Origin: Chrysomallon squamiferum
Lineage: Eukaryota > Animalia > Mollusca
Length of the DNA: 64,000 nt
Assembly (NCBI GenBank): GCA_012295275.1
Contig: CM022665.1
Location: forward strand, 6,634,001 to 6,698,000
Reading direction: 5' to 3'
Each line of letters begins with the position of its first letter. The first letter of the stretch is position 1. A program made the position numbers and the translations under genes. Below the pieces are notes generated by a model. That model did not search any database. It was given only the letters and a program-made list of their open reading frames with translations, and was not told where the DNA came from. Below, in pieces: positions 44,701-57,255 of this stretch.

Positions 44701-47700
44701 ATTAATCTGGCCAGACTCAACTTTTCTAAATATGCAGCAAGACCAAATCTCGCAAAGGCTTTGTTTGAATATATATTTCACCATGAAAATGATGTCAGAA
44801 ATGTGAGTGTAATTATGTCAGCCCATTTAATCATGAAAATGTAGATCTTAATATCTTCAGTACTAAAGAACAAAAAACTTAAATATTTGAATAATTTGAA
44901 ACTTTAAATGACAACAAAAGCCATACATTTTTACAATTGTTGAAGTTGAGGGTAAACTTCATGAGATGTACTTCTAATATTTATTAATTTGATGTACTTT
45001 TTCCCTTTTTTTTTTTTTGTTTATTTTTTTTTTTTATTGCTTTTTTTTTTTTTTTCTATTTATTTATTGCTTGTTTTTGTTTATCATTAAAGTTTTGGTC
45101 ACCAGTTAATTTTATAACTCTCTTTTCCTTTTTAAATACACAGGCACTGGAACTAGCAGCACTGGCTACAGAAGCTTCAACATTTAAAGACTGGTGGTGG
45201 AAAGTTCAGCTGGCCAAGTGTTACTACCGGTAATCATTTCCTCAGTAATATATCTTTTTTAATTTAGACTTAAAGTGTACTTAGGTTAATACAAATAAAT
45301 GGTCTAACAAAACTATTTAAACGTCTAAGTTATTATTTTATTAGTTTGGAAAGATTATCATGATTTCGTGACTCAAATAAAAGTATGACAGTAAAATACT
45401 AGTGTTAAATGGCATCTTTAACCAGACTTGTGATGTCTTCAAGCATTTGGCAAACTGACAGCTGTATTTCTTGACACTAGTAGCAACTTTATAGCAAACA
45501 TTGTTGTACCCAGATATTTTCAAACTGTAATACTTCACCATTAATTAAAGTTTGATGGTGAAAAAAAATATAACAGGAAGAATGCTGAACACATTTAGAC
45601 AGTGGTTTACTGTCTCTACAAGTAGACTTTAAATGTACCAAAAGCTAACAAATGTATAACTTTCAATTTAAAGTTATTTTATTTGTTTGACAAATTTTAT
45701 TTATATATTTATTTATTTTCACTTCAGTAACCTTTCTATTAGCATGCTATATAAACATTACGTTTCTTTTTTTTTTTCCAATATAGTCTTGGTCTCTATC
45801 GTGAAGCAGAAAAGCAGTTAAGATCTGCATTAAAGCAACAGGAAATGATTGATACATATCTGTACCTCAGCAAAGTGTATGTTCGACTGGACCAGCCTCT
45901 CACTGCAGTGGAAGTGTATAAACAAGGACTTGAGAAATTTCCAGGAGAAACAACACTACTGACTGGAATTGCAAGAATCCATGAAGTGAGTTTCTTTTAA
46001 ACAAAGATATTTCCTGTATGTTATTAATAATAATTTTGTAAATTTTAGTCATAAGCTTTTAAAATTATTATTTTAATCCAAAAATTAAATACATTGAATT
46101 GTATACATATATAATCCCAAAAACATATATAATAGAATGTTGTGATTAAAAAACCTTAAGTGTGTGTGTGTGTGTGTGTGTGTGATTCTAGTGATTATAT
46201 GATTGCAGAATTAGCTTTTTCATATTTTCAAACTTTCAGAAATAATTGTGCTTTATTAATAATTGATAATTTCGTTTTTAATAGGGTTTAACTGACATGG
46301 ATAAAGCAACACAGTTTTACAAAGAAGTTCTCCATTTTGATAACATGCATGTTGAAGCTATAGCCTGCATAGCCACTCATCATTTTTATTCAGATCAACC
46401 TGAAGTTGCTCTTAAGTTTTATAGGTAAGTCACATTGTTACAAAAAATACTATTTATTTGTTCTGGCATTTATTGATTATAAATGTTTACTAAAATTTTA
46501 TTGATTCCTAATTTATACTTTTAATAATGAATAATACATAAACAAACATTTATATTTATACATATTAGTGTTTTTGGTTTAAAATGAAATTTCCATTATC
46601 TGTGTTTAGATTTAAAGTAATACTGATGTTGTCGAACATTGAGATTGATTACCAGACATCTTAGACAGTCTTGAAAATAAGTAAAAAGATATTTTAGCAG
46701 GAAGGATAACTCTTGCTGAATAACTTTTATTATTTAAAAATACTGAGTTACTCTTAACTCTATACACGTGTAGACAAACTTTGATCATTCAGACTTGAAA
46801 GGGTCAGCAAAACAGTTCCAGGGAATTCAGGTTTTTCTAAATTCAAATATTTTCACCAATTCCAATAGACAAGTACGTTTTGTGTTGCATATTTTGTAAA
46901 CTAAGTAAATAAAAAAATCAATAAAAGACACATATAACAGAATAATTTGACATATATCTGCTTTGTTTGAAAAAAATACATCACCTGGAAGTTGCAAGTA
47001 TCGTGCATTTTGCCTCCAGTTTGTTCAGTGATCACATAGCCAACAATTTTTCATTTCTGTTCTACCTCAGTTATATATAATTCTATAAACTCAAAGGATT
47101 TAATAAATACATCACAAACAAAAATAACATGTTAAAAATAATGTCAGCTACAAAAATGAAACTGGTGTAAAGATCATTAATAGGTTTTCTTTGTTTCTCC
47201 ACGAATCCCATTGGAATTTTTGAAATGACAATAAAAACAAATCTCCTTCTTAAGCCATTAGAGAGAGGTTGTCACTAGATTTAAGTTTGAATTTTCAAAG
47301 TTCATCTGTGTGTGTGTGTTATAAAGAGATGCTGACTCTCACTAATTGAAAATAAAGGAAATAAATAAAAAACAACATAGGAGTCAAATACACTTTTTGG
47401 AGTTTGCATGAGAATAAAATATTGTTTTAAGTTCTGTATCTATTGAGATTTATGGTTTTCATTTATTTCTATCTAAAATAAAATTAAAAGGTTTTTTATA
47501 AAAAATTTATTTCTAACTTTATTATTATCAGAAAATGGTCTCCAGACAAAGTAAAACAGTTATTGTTTTATGTTCAGATTATGACTGGTTATACTTAAAC
47601 GGAATTGAGAGGCATTTTGAGAGACAAAAAATGTCTTTAAGGTTTCAAGACTCCTATTATTAGTGTTGATTTGGTTTGTAGAAGATTTTTTAAAACCCTT

Positions 47701-49630
47701 CCAAATCATCCTTTTATACTTAATATATATGTGGATTATAAAATCAGTATTTACAATATTTTATAAATGTCAGTAAAAGAATTAAATAAAAATTTTAAAA
47801 TGTTTAATTTCTAAATGTGTGAAACAAATTACATAAATTGATAAAAGGAAAAAATTTTGTATTTTTTCACATAATAATTTGTTTTGTAAACAAAAAGTAT
47901 TTATGTTAACAGTGCAGTATTAATTTGCAAAATTTAGTTTTTTTAATATATATATTTGATATAAAACATTTCCTGCACCCCTACTTGAAATGATACTAAA
48001 AGTGATTAGAGCAAAACTATTTTTTCTCTCTTCTTTTTCATTCTTTCTATGAATGACCCAAAGTAACTAAGAGGTCTTTAAAATGCACACATGTGAATTA
48101 GTTCAATTACACTGATTTTCATGCTTAAAGAAGGTACTTAAAGATGTACAGTTTTCAGACCATTTCACAAGTAATCCTTGAACACAAGATAAAGAATATA
48201 AGGATTTTTCTTTTGATTTTGTTGAAGCTCCCAGCCAATTTGTACACGTTACTCAAAAGGGGTCATTTTTGGGCTAACTTGGTCCACTCTGTGATGCTGC
48301 CCTTTCATGACCACTAATCAGGAAGATGATCTGTTTCCACTCCACTGCATTTTGCCTTTTTGTTCCTAAAATCTTACCATCTACTTCCACCCAAGCACTT
48401 ATAATCCCATAAGCATCTTAGTGGTTTCACACAGAGCTTAACAAAGACATGCTAATGTGTTGATGTGCTTGTTAAAGATCTGTCAGAGAGAAATCACAGT
48501 CACACAGGTCAATTATTCTGTTTCTAAACTTTACAACCCTGACAGTATCATGGTTTTTTTCAGTTGTGATGAAAAAACACACTTGGAAAATAACCAACAT
48601 TTTAAAACATTTTTATCTTTACAGGTATGCAGATAAATAGGATATTTTTATGCTGAAATTTGAAATTGCTCAGGTTGCTGAAAACTGTTAGAACTATATT
48701 AACATGAATAAATAAATGCTTAATGACTATATAACCATTTTTTAGTATTAATTATTAATTGGCGTCAAGTTGTGTATTTTATATATAATGATGATATAAG
48801 AAAGGAAAAACACTATGTTTATTTCATGACCTATTCATATTGATTAGCATAACAAATAATTATAATGTTTAGATGTGTTTTCCCACAGACAGAGTCACAT
48901 ACCAGGCTTTCACTAAACTCTTTGTAAACAATAAACCCAGTAGATACTTGAAGACAAATTGTTCCTGTAATGCATTACAATTCAGAGCCACATTCCAACA
49001 AATAAATATCAATAGACCACAGATTTATACATGTATAACAATCAGTGCAGTCATTATCCAGATATTTCATAAAATACAAATAAATTGGTGAATTTGGCAT
49101 AATAGGCTGACTGTTTTATTTTCATTAACCCCAGCTGTTAAAGCAGCCATATGAGTAATAAATTACGAAAATTTCATTATTTTACATTAATGTGGCACAC
49201 AGAAAACCTGATCAGGGAGCATGAAAACAAAAAAAGGAACATGAAAATAATAAAATTTTATCCCCTTTAATGTCATAATTATTAACAGAATTCTGTCAGC
49301 TTGGTTTAATTAATAAGGTCTGCACACAGTTAAAACTTGACTAATGAAAATTGAAAACAGCATGGTGATTCAAAGGTTTATGATTAGTGCTAATCAGAAA
49401 CACTCTGCAGTTCACCATGGCATACATATCTTTATTTAATGTCTCATCATTTCTTACCAACCACTGTATTTTCTTTTCAAGTCAATGGTTAATTTAAAAA
49501 ATAGATTTTGATAAAATAGAGTGATGTAATTTAAATGAGCACTATAATAATTATTTTGAATAATATGTACTTGTTTAAAATCACCTGTTTTGTTGTGTGT
49601 GTGCATGGGGGAGAGACAAAAACACATACA

Positions 49631-49671
<41 letters not shown>

Positions 49672-52331
49672 TTTTTCTGTTGATTATTTTCTCAGACTAC
49701 TATTTGGACGTAAAAAAAAAATAAAAAACCCAAAAGAACAACTAAATAAACATTACATTAATCATTATAAAAAAAAAATTAGATTTATTATTTATTGATC
49801 ATACACTGTACTAACATTCAGACTATGAAACCGCCCAGATCTTTAGCCATCAATAATGAATAACTGATTCAGATTTCACATTGCCCTTTGATGGAGTCAT
49901 TAACAGACTGAAAAGTGTAAACACAGCAATCTGTTGTGAATTTATTGCTTGTGCTGAAAGAACAGTTGATGATATCACTGACAGAAGTCTGCATTGAGTA
50001 ACTGGAAGCAGATTTTATTTCATGTCGATATTTTTTGGATGGGAAATTACATGATAAAGGCATCATAGATCTAAAGGTCAATGGCTAAGTAGAAAAAAAA
50101 AAAAAATCAGTTGTTATAGAGTATCTACTTGAATACTGATTTATGAATTGTTAGTACTTACTGAATGGTCATGGTGCAGAAACAAACATGACTAACAATA
50201 TCTAAAGGAGATTAATTAAATGTTCTATATGAAGTGCATACTCCAAATTTATGATGAATTATTGTCACTTCTATTTGGGATCTTGCTATTGCTTAGTGCT
50301 AGATTGGTTTAACAAAGACCATGCTTTCCTGCTACGAGAAAGCAGATATAAAGATTTTTGTGTGGTAAATAAAAATAATATTGTACATTTGATAGTGGCA
50401 GCAGGTTTCTTGTCTCTGTGTGTGTGTGTGTGTGTGTCTGTGTGAATATATACACACACACATATATAGGTCTTAACTGTTTATATAATGAATGCCATTA
50501 TGACTATCAGTTAAAATGTCCTGTCCACAATAATAAAAAAAGTCTAAAAATATGTATTTTTTTAAATATAATAAAATGAAATTTAAACAAAAATGTTCTT
50601 GTCTTCATAACTTGTTTAAATGTTTGATATAAACAGCAGAAATGTATATAGAACATTGGAGATGTGATCTTTGCAACTGGCTGTGATTCTTGCTATCAGA
50701 TTTCATTTGATATTCCTGATTTCCCTTCAAATATTTTCATTCAGGAGTGCTTCAGTCTGATGAAGATTGGTTTTCTAAGATGTAGTCTGAGGTCTGAGGT
50801 CTCACAAAAGAGATGTGTCTGGTAAATGATTGATATAGCACTTGCTTATACTAGATCTATTCATTAAGAGAGACAAAATGGACCGGACATGAACAAAGTA
50901 ATCTTCCAAGAGACCATCATTCCTCTGAGATGTTGTAATTAGATTAATTTCAGAGTTCGATTGTTTGAAATATTATTTTCATGACTTTCATTGTTTTTAT
51001 TTTATCAGGCGTTTGTTACAAATGGGTGTTTTTAATGCTGAGCTCTACAACAACCTGGGTTTGTGCTGCTTCTATGCACAGCAGTATGATATGGTATTAA
51101 CATGTTTTGAGCGAGCAATTTCACTGGCTGATGATCAAACACTAAGTGATGTTTGGTTTAATATTGGACATGTTGCCCTGGTAAGATATAACATAACTGA
51201 AACATTATTTTAGTTTCAGCATTTTACAAATAATTTTTTTTTTTTTAATAATAGTCTAAAACTGATACAGTGTCCTTTTTTTCCTGAAATTTGTATTTAT
51301 TGGTAAAACATTTTTAAATGAAGGATTTCCCATTTAATTTTTTATTATAAATATTGTTCACAGAAAATGGCAAGACAGATTTTACTCTTACTAATACATA
51401 TTATTTGCTTTTTCTTTTATATTTTACACATTCTGACTAAACATTTATTGTGGAATTCAAAGAATATATTGAAATGTGCTCATTTTCACTAATCTTTTTA
51501 CATAAAGAACAGTTTTGTTTTTGAGAGAATAGAAGCTGACAGAATAGGTGAGAAAGAGTAAAATGGATTGAGACGTTTATGTGTTTTTCAGGGAATTGGT
51601 GACACAAATCTGTCATACCAGTGTTTTAGGATGGCCTTAGCTAGCAATAATGACCATGCTGAAGCTTACAATAATCTTGGTGTTTTGGAACTCAAGCGTG
51701 GCCATGTGGAACAGGTCAGTTATTTAATAGCTAACTGTTGTATCATAATAAAAAATGTCCATGTAATAATCAATAACATTCATTATTCTTTATTTTATAT
51801 ATATATATATAAACAACATATAATAGAGATTGAAAACATGTAAGTAGAAAGAACAACACAAAATAGATTTCTATCTGGAATTCCTTGTTATTATGCTATC
51901 AGTTAAAAAAAATGCTGAATTATAACAATAGGTCATTTTTTTTATTGGTTGGTTTGTTGTAAATGTGCATATTTTTCACTGAAAGCTATCATTACACTAC
52001 TACAGGAAATAATATGACTTGGAATTAATGGTCTATGATAATGTTATCTTATATTTTATGACGTAACAGTGGCTTTTCATTTCTATTTCACAAAATAATG
52101 CACACCCAGCAGTGAAAAAAAGGACACCTTTTAACTCACTAGCCCCAGTTTATTAACTTTTACATACATACATACATACACATACATACATACATACATA
52201 CATGCATACACATACATACATACATACATACATACATACACACACACATACACACATACATACATACATACATACATATACATACATACATACATACATA
52301 CATAAATACACACATATAGATAGATATAAAT

Positions 52332-52364
<33 letters not shown>

Positions 52365-54116
52365 AATATGTATGTATGTATGTAGAGATATAGATATAAA
52401 TATCCAGTGGACTCAGTGAAAACTGACCTTTGAATAATCTGGATGTCTGTGTAAACTGGAACTGTTTCAAAGTCCTGTCCAGTTATCATTAATCTATTAC
52501 GAAAAAAACCTTGTCTATTCTGGATGTTGTCTACTTTGCATTCCCAGTGTACATCCATAACAAAAGAACAAATTAAATAGTAATCACCACTGTCAACAAT
52601 GGTACACAGTTTTGCAAGTACGATCACGTTTTAAACAAAAGCAGCAGTTTGCATCTAAATAGGCTACTACATGAGATGAAATTATCCTGCTTCTTTGAAA
52701 GCTTAATAAACAATGATGGCATGCTTCTTGTATTTACTATATGTAGCTAGATGAACAATATCATTATGAGTGGTGTATTGATACTTAAGTGAATTAGCTC
52801 ATTTAAGTTTAGTGTCAAACACAGAAGTCTGCATAAATGTATATGGCACACATTTTGCGTTGACTTATTAAATTCATCATAATGGCAGAGCAACCTAAAA
52901 AATGGAAGCATATTGAACTTTTATTGCAGTCTAAAGTGAAATTAATTGAAGAGTTTTCATCAAATCCACTGTAAACAGAAAGATTTGACTTTGAAGTTTG
53001 AAATGCAGTGATCATTAACTGGAATTGTACAAAACCAACACTTCGGAAGAGAAAAAATGAGTAATGACTGGCAAATTTAAGAATCTGAATGGACTGACAA
53101 TACATAAAAACTTTCATACACTGATGTTCTTAAAATGATAAAACAAATTAAATCTTTTGCTGCTAGAACTGAAAGCAGACTTTGCAACCGATGTTAAACA
53201 TGGAGAGGAACATGAAAAAAAAATACAGTTATTAATGACAGACTTTTTCTCAGTTAACATTTGATAAACATTTAATTATAGCATTTGTAATAAAACACAT
53301 TTCAGTTTTATATCATTTTAATTTTAAAAACCAGCACTGACTAAAACAGCATATCTCATTGGTCCCAAGTGAATCTTGTTTTGACAGAGTCCACTATATA
53401 TGTATGTATTTATGTATGTAACTTTTTTAGGGCTATGAATGGAATGATATTTGACCCCAAAAAATGACAAAGAAAATGTCATCCTATATTGATTCTCTAT
53501 ATGCTCTTTATTGTCTTACATTATTATTAAACTGAAACATAATACATAAATTGAATGTATACACCTTGAATCTGATTATCTTTGTAAATGTTTCAATTAT
53601 TGTGTTTTGAGATATGTTGTTCAAAAATTAATTTTTTATGCAGTAGCTTTTTACTCTCACCTAAGTTGCATATTAACATTTAAGTAAAATATAGTTTGCA
53701 GATGCTGTTGGGATTAAAGAACAGGCCTAAATTCTGAAAAGCTTAGAAAAGCAAAATTGTTAATGACGCTTTACTCATGTACTTACAAGTTGTTCTACAT
53801 TCCTTGTGCAGATTTTGCCTCTCCCAGTTCTTAAATATGTTGCATCAATGACTTCAGACAAGGAATTATTATCTTGTAGAATAAATGTTTAGGTTCAGTG
53901 TTTATCCATTCATTTTGCTTGTCATGTTTTAGTAATTGTTTTATATATTATTTTGTTTTGAAAAATTGGTTCAGTAAACTTTCTAATTTATATTTCATTA
54001 CATTCATTTGTTTGCTTTTTCAGGCTCGGGCATTCTTTCAGGCTGCATTTGTATTATGTCCACATCTTTATGAAGCGCATTACAACTTTGCATCTTTAGC
54101 TGATCAAGTAAGCTAC

Positions 54117-54157
<41 letters not shown>

Positions 54158-57100
54158 ATTAATTCAAGATGACAGTAAATGTTTCTTTGGTGAATAACAT
54201 AAAAAAGGGTAATGTGGTTTAAATAAATAAATGCATTAACATTATTTTTTTCTTTGTTGTTTTTGGGGGTGGTGTTTAATTGCTTTATGTTTTTTATTTT
54301 TTATGATATATATATATATATATATATATATTCCTCTCACCTTTGTTATCTAATAAATTTATAAAATGTTCTGATCACATCTGTTAAACAGTAGTCTGAC
54401 ACTATGTATTGATATTTCATAATAGGCAGTATATTTAAAGGGTATTCAAGTGGTCACTTAGCAGAAACCAAGGACAGGGTTCATTATTGTTACTAGCCTT
54501 TTTCAAGCCATATTTGTGAAAAGTGGTCATACAAAGAGTAATTCAGTGTCTCATACAATTCTTAACAACTCCAGCTGTGTGATATAATCACTGTTCTTGA
54601 ACTTTCTTTCACTGTACTTGTTTTTAACACGCCATTTCTCATTATGAGCATTTTGTGCTTGGAAAAGTGTAAAGTAATTTTTAATGGTTTCTTTAGATTA
54701 AGAGATTCTTTTTTTTTTTTTTTTTCATTTTGGAAAACATTTATGTTTTTTTCTATATTTGGCTATATAATTTATTAATTTCTATGCCTAATATTTCAGT
54801 GTAAAAACATTCATTTGTGTTTTTTTTTTTTATTATTAACTTCAGGGGAGGGTTTTTGTTTGGGTTTTGTTTTTTTCTCCTAATTAAATATTATTTCCAT
54901 TATAGTTTAAATATTTCTTTTTAAAAATTGTGTTGTTTCTCAGACCTGACAGTGAAATCCTTTTAGAAATGATAAAAGACAAATTTTACATACATTTATT
55001 TAACTGACATCAATTAATGTGAGTGTTTGCTGTAAAATAAGTACAAAGTCGCTTTGTTTGTTTAGTTGGGGGTGGGAATAGATTTATTTTTTATTTTTTT
55101 TATTTTTTTTTTTTTTTCATTTACATTATGAGTCAAACACTTTCAGTTATTGCAGTATTTGATAGAATTTGAATCTGTTGTTTTATTTATTTATCGTGTT
55201 GATATTGAATACTGTATGGGTCACACCTCTTTGCGTATGCTTGTAATTATCAGAACACTGTACAAAAAGGCTTAGCTAATGAAAGGCGTTGTCTCATAAC
55301 ACAATGCCAACATTATAATGTAAAATAATTTAAGTAAAAAGGTGTGGTTATTTAATTGATTAATCACCAACAAAAATCACAGTTAATTTTAATCTTTCTT
55401 GCAAAACAGCGTTAGCAGTGATCATGAAATGAACTGTCTCAAGTTTTGTTTTTTTATTGGTATTCGTATTACTTACGAATTTAGGACAGACTTGATTTTC
55501 TAATCATTTTATTTGATAAATTGAAGGTGAATTTAAAAATTTATAATACTTCTTCTTATTTTTGTGTTTTTATTTTTAATAAGTGACAGCTAATTTTTCA
55601 GTCCTCTTTGAAATGTTGAAGAAGAAAAAATGTTTTTAATTTTTGCATTATAATTACTGTCAGTTATGTGATTTGGTGGGGCTGAGACTACTGGTGTTAT
55701 TTAACATAATTATTCAGCCACTGTTGTCATGCGTGACATGATGCAGTTTCAAAACAAGGTCAAAGCATCCTCATCTCTGGTTTTGTGTTAGAATACTTGA
55801 CTTGCAGTTTGACATTAAAATATCTGTTGCCTATAAACTGAATACAAGTGTAAACAGCCATTTCCTGAAAGAGAAGAGTCATTTTGATTTGTCTTGTTGA
55901 GTGTTATAACTAAGCTCCAATATTAAATTACAGCATTAAGTATCTTCATATATCACAGGAAACACATTTTACATTGTCATACATTTTAAATGTAGCATTA
56001 TAATATTCAAAATCATTTAATATTTAATTAGTAGGTGTTATTTTGTAAAGTAAAATATGCCAAATTTTTATATCAGAATGTATCTTTACCTAGTAACAGA
56101 AAAGAACGCATTTTAATTAAAAAAAAAAAAAAAAAAAATAGGGTTTAAATATGCATTATCAGTGAGAAATTGTATCTTTGAAAAATAGATGTCATGGCTA
56201 TACACATTAATAATAGCTGTTTATGAAACTAATTATGTAACAGAATCTTACAAGGCATGAAATGTATACCTATCCTTTATCCAAGGTGGGTTGGAAAGAA
56301 TGTTGCTGTAAATACATTTTTAAGCCATAGCAGTTGGTGGGAATCATTTAGGTAAAAATCATGCAAAAACAGTTCTACACATATCAACCAGCTAATTACA
56401 TAACATTTTCAACATCTTAACTGTGTTGTTTATAAAACCAACATTAGCACATATTTTCATGTCTTTTATCATTTAGGTTATAACTGTAGGGGGGGGTCAT
56501 CATTTATCATTTTTATAATTTTTTACAGTCATCAACTTTATCTTTAAAAATAAAGAAATATTTATTATGTTTTTATTTAAAATTTATGATAGATATTTTG
56601 TTTGTGAAATATATAACAATTTCATAAGAAGTACATAAATTTTGAATTATGTTTTTTTGTTTAATAATGAAGCAGTACAAAAATAAGAAAAATATAATAA
56701 TCATTTTAAACTTCCTTTGTCAATAATATTTTCATTTCTAACTTGCTGTCCATTAACTAATAAAAATACCAGATATAGAAAATGTTCAGTTATTATAATC
56801 AGAGAAAAAAAAAAATTGTATGCAGTTCATAAAACTGTCTTTCTAATATAGTATGCATGTTTGTTCCTCATACATACAAGTTTGTTTTATAGCTACAGTA
56901 TCTAACACTTGAATTAACTGGGACTATTAGGGTCGTGTAATGACAGTTTGAAGAGGCAGATCACTTGATTTAGTTGCTTTTTCTTATCATTAAACTGAAC
57001 ATCCTTGCTATTTAGCTTAGTAACCTACAGCACTAGCAAACTGATCAGGTTCCTGCTAGCACAGATATAGATAAGTCCTCTTTCATTTATAATCATGCTG

Positions 57101-57224
57101 GGATAAGTTTTATCTTAATATTAGTCAAAAACTTTGGCCAAGTTTGTTCCTTCTGAGCATTTGCATTAAAAGAATTTACCTTTGAAAAGTAATTGTGTTT
57201 ATACCCTAACTCTGCTTCCAAGCA

Positions 57225-57255
<31 letters not shown>

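Noticed and set aside
49869-50084. Minus-strand 70-aa ORF with a poly-T acceptor, as a possible nested gene in TTC8 intron 7
   Set aside because: No recognisable protein family and no partner exons found.
52131-52627. ORFs of 63-155 aa (YVCM / HTYI repeats)
   Set aside because: They are translations of a (TACA)n/(CA)n microsatellite.
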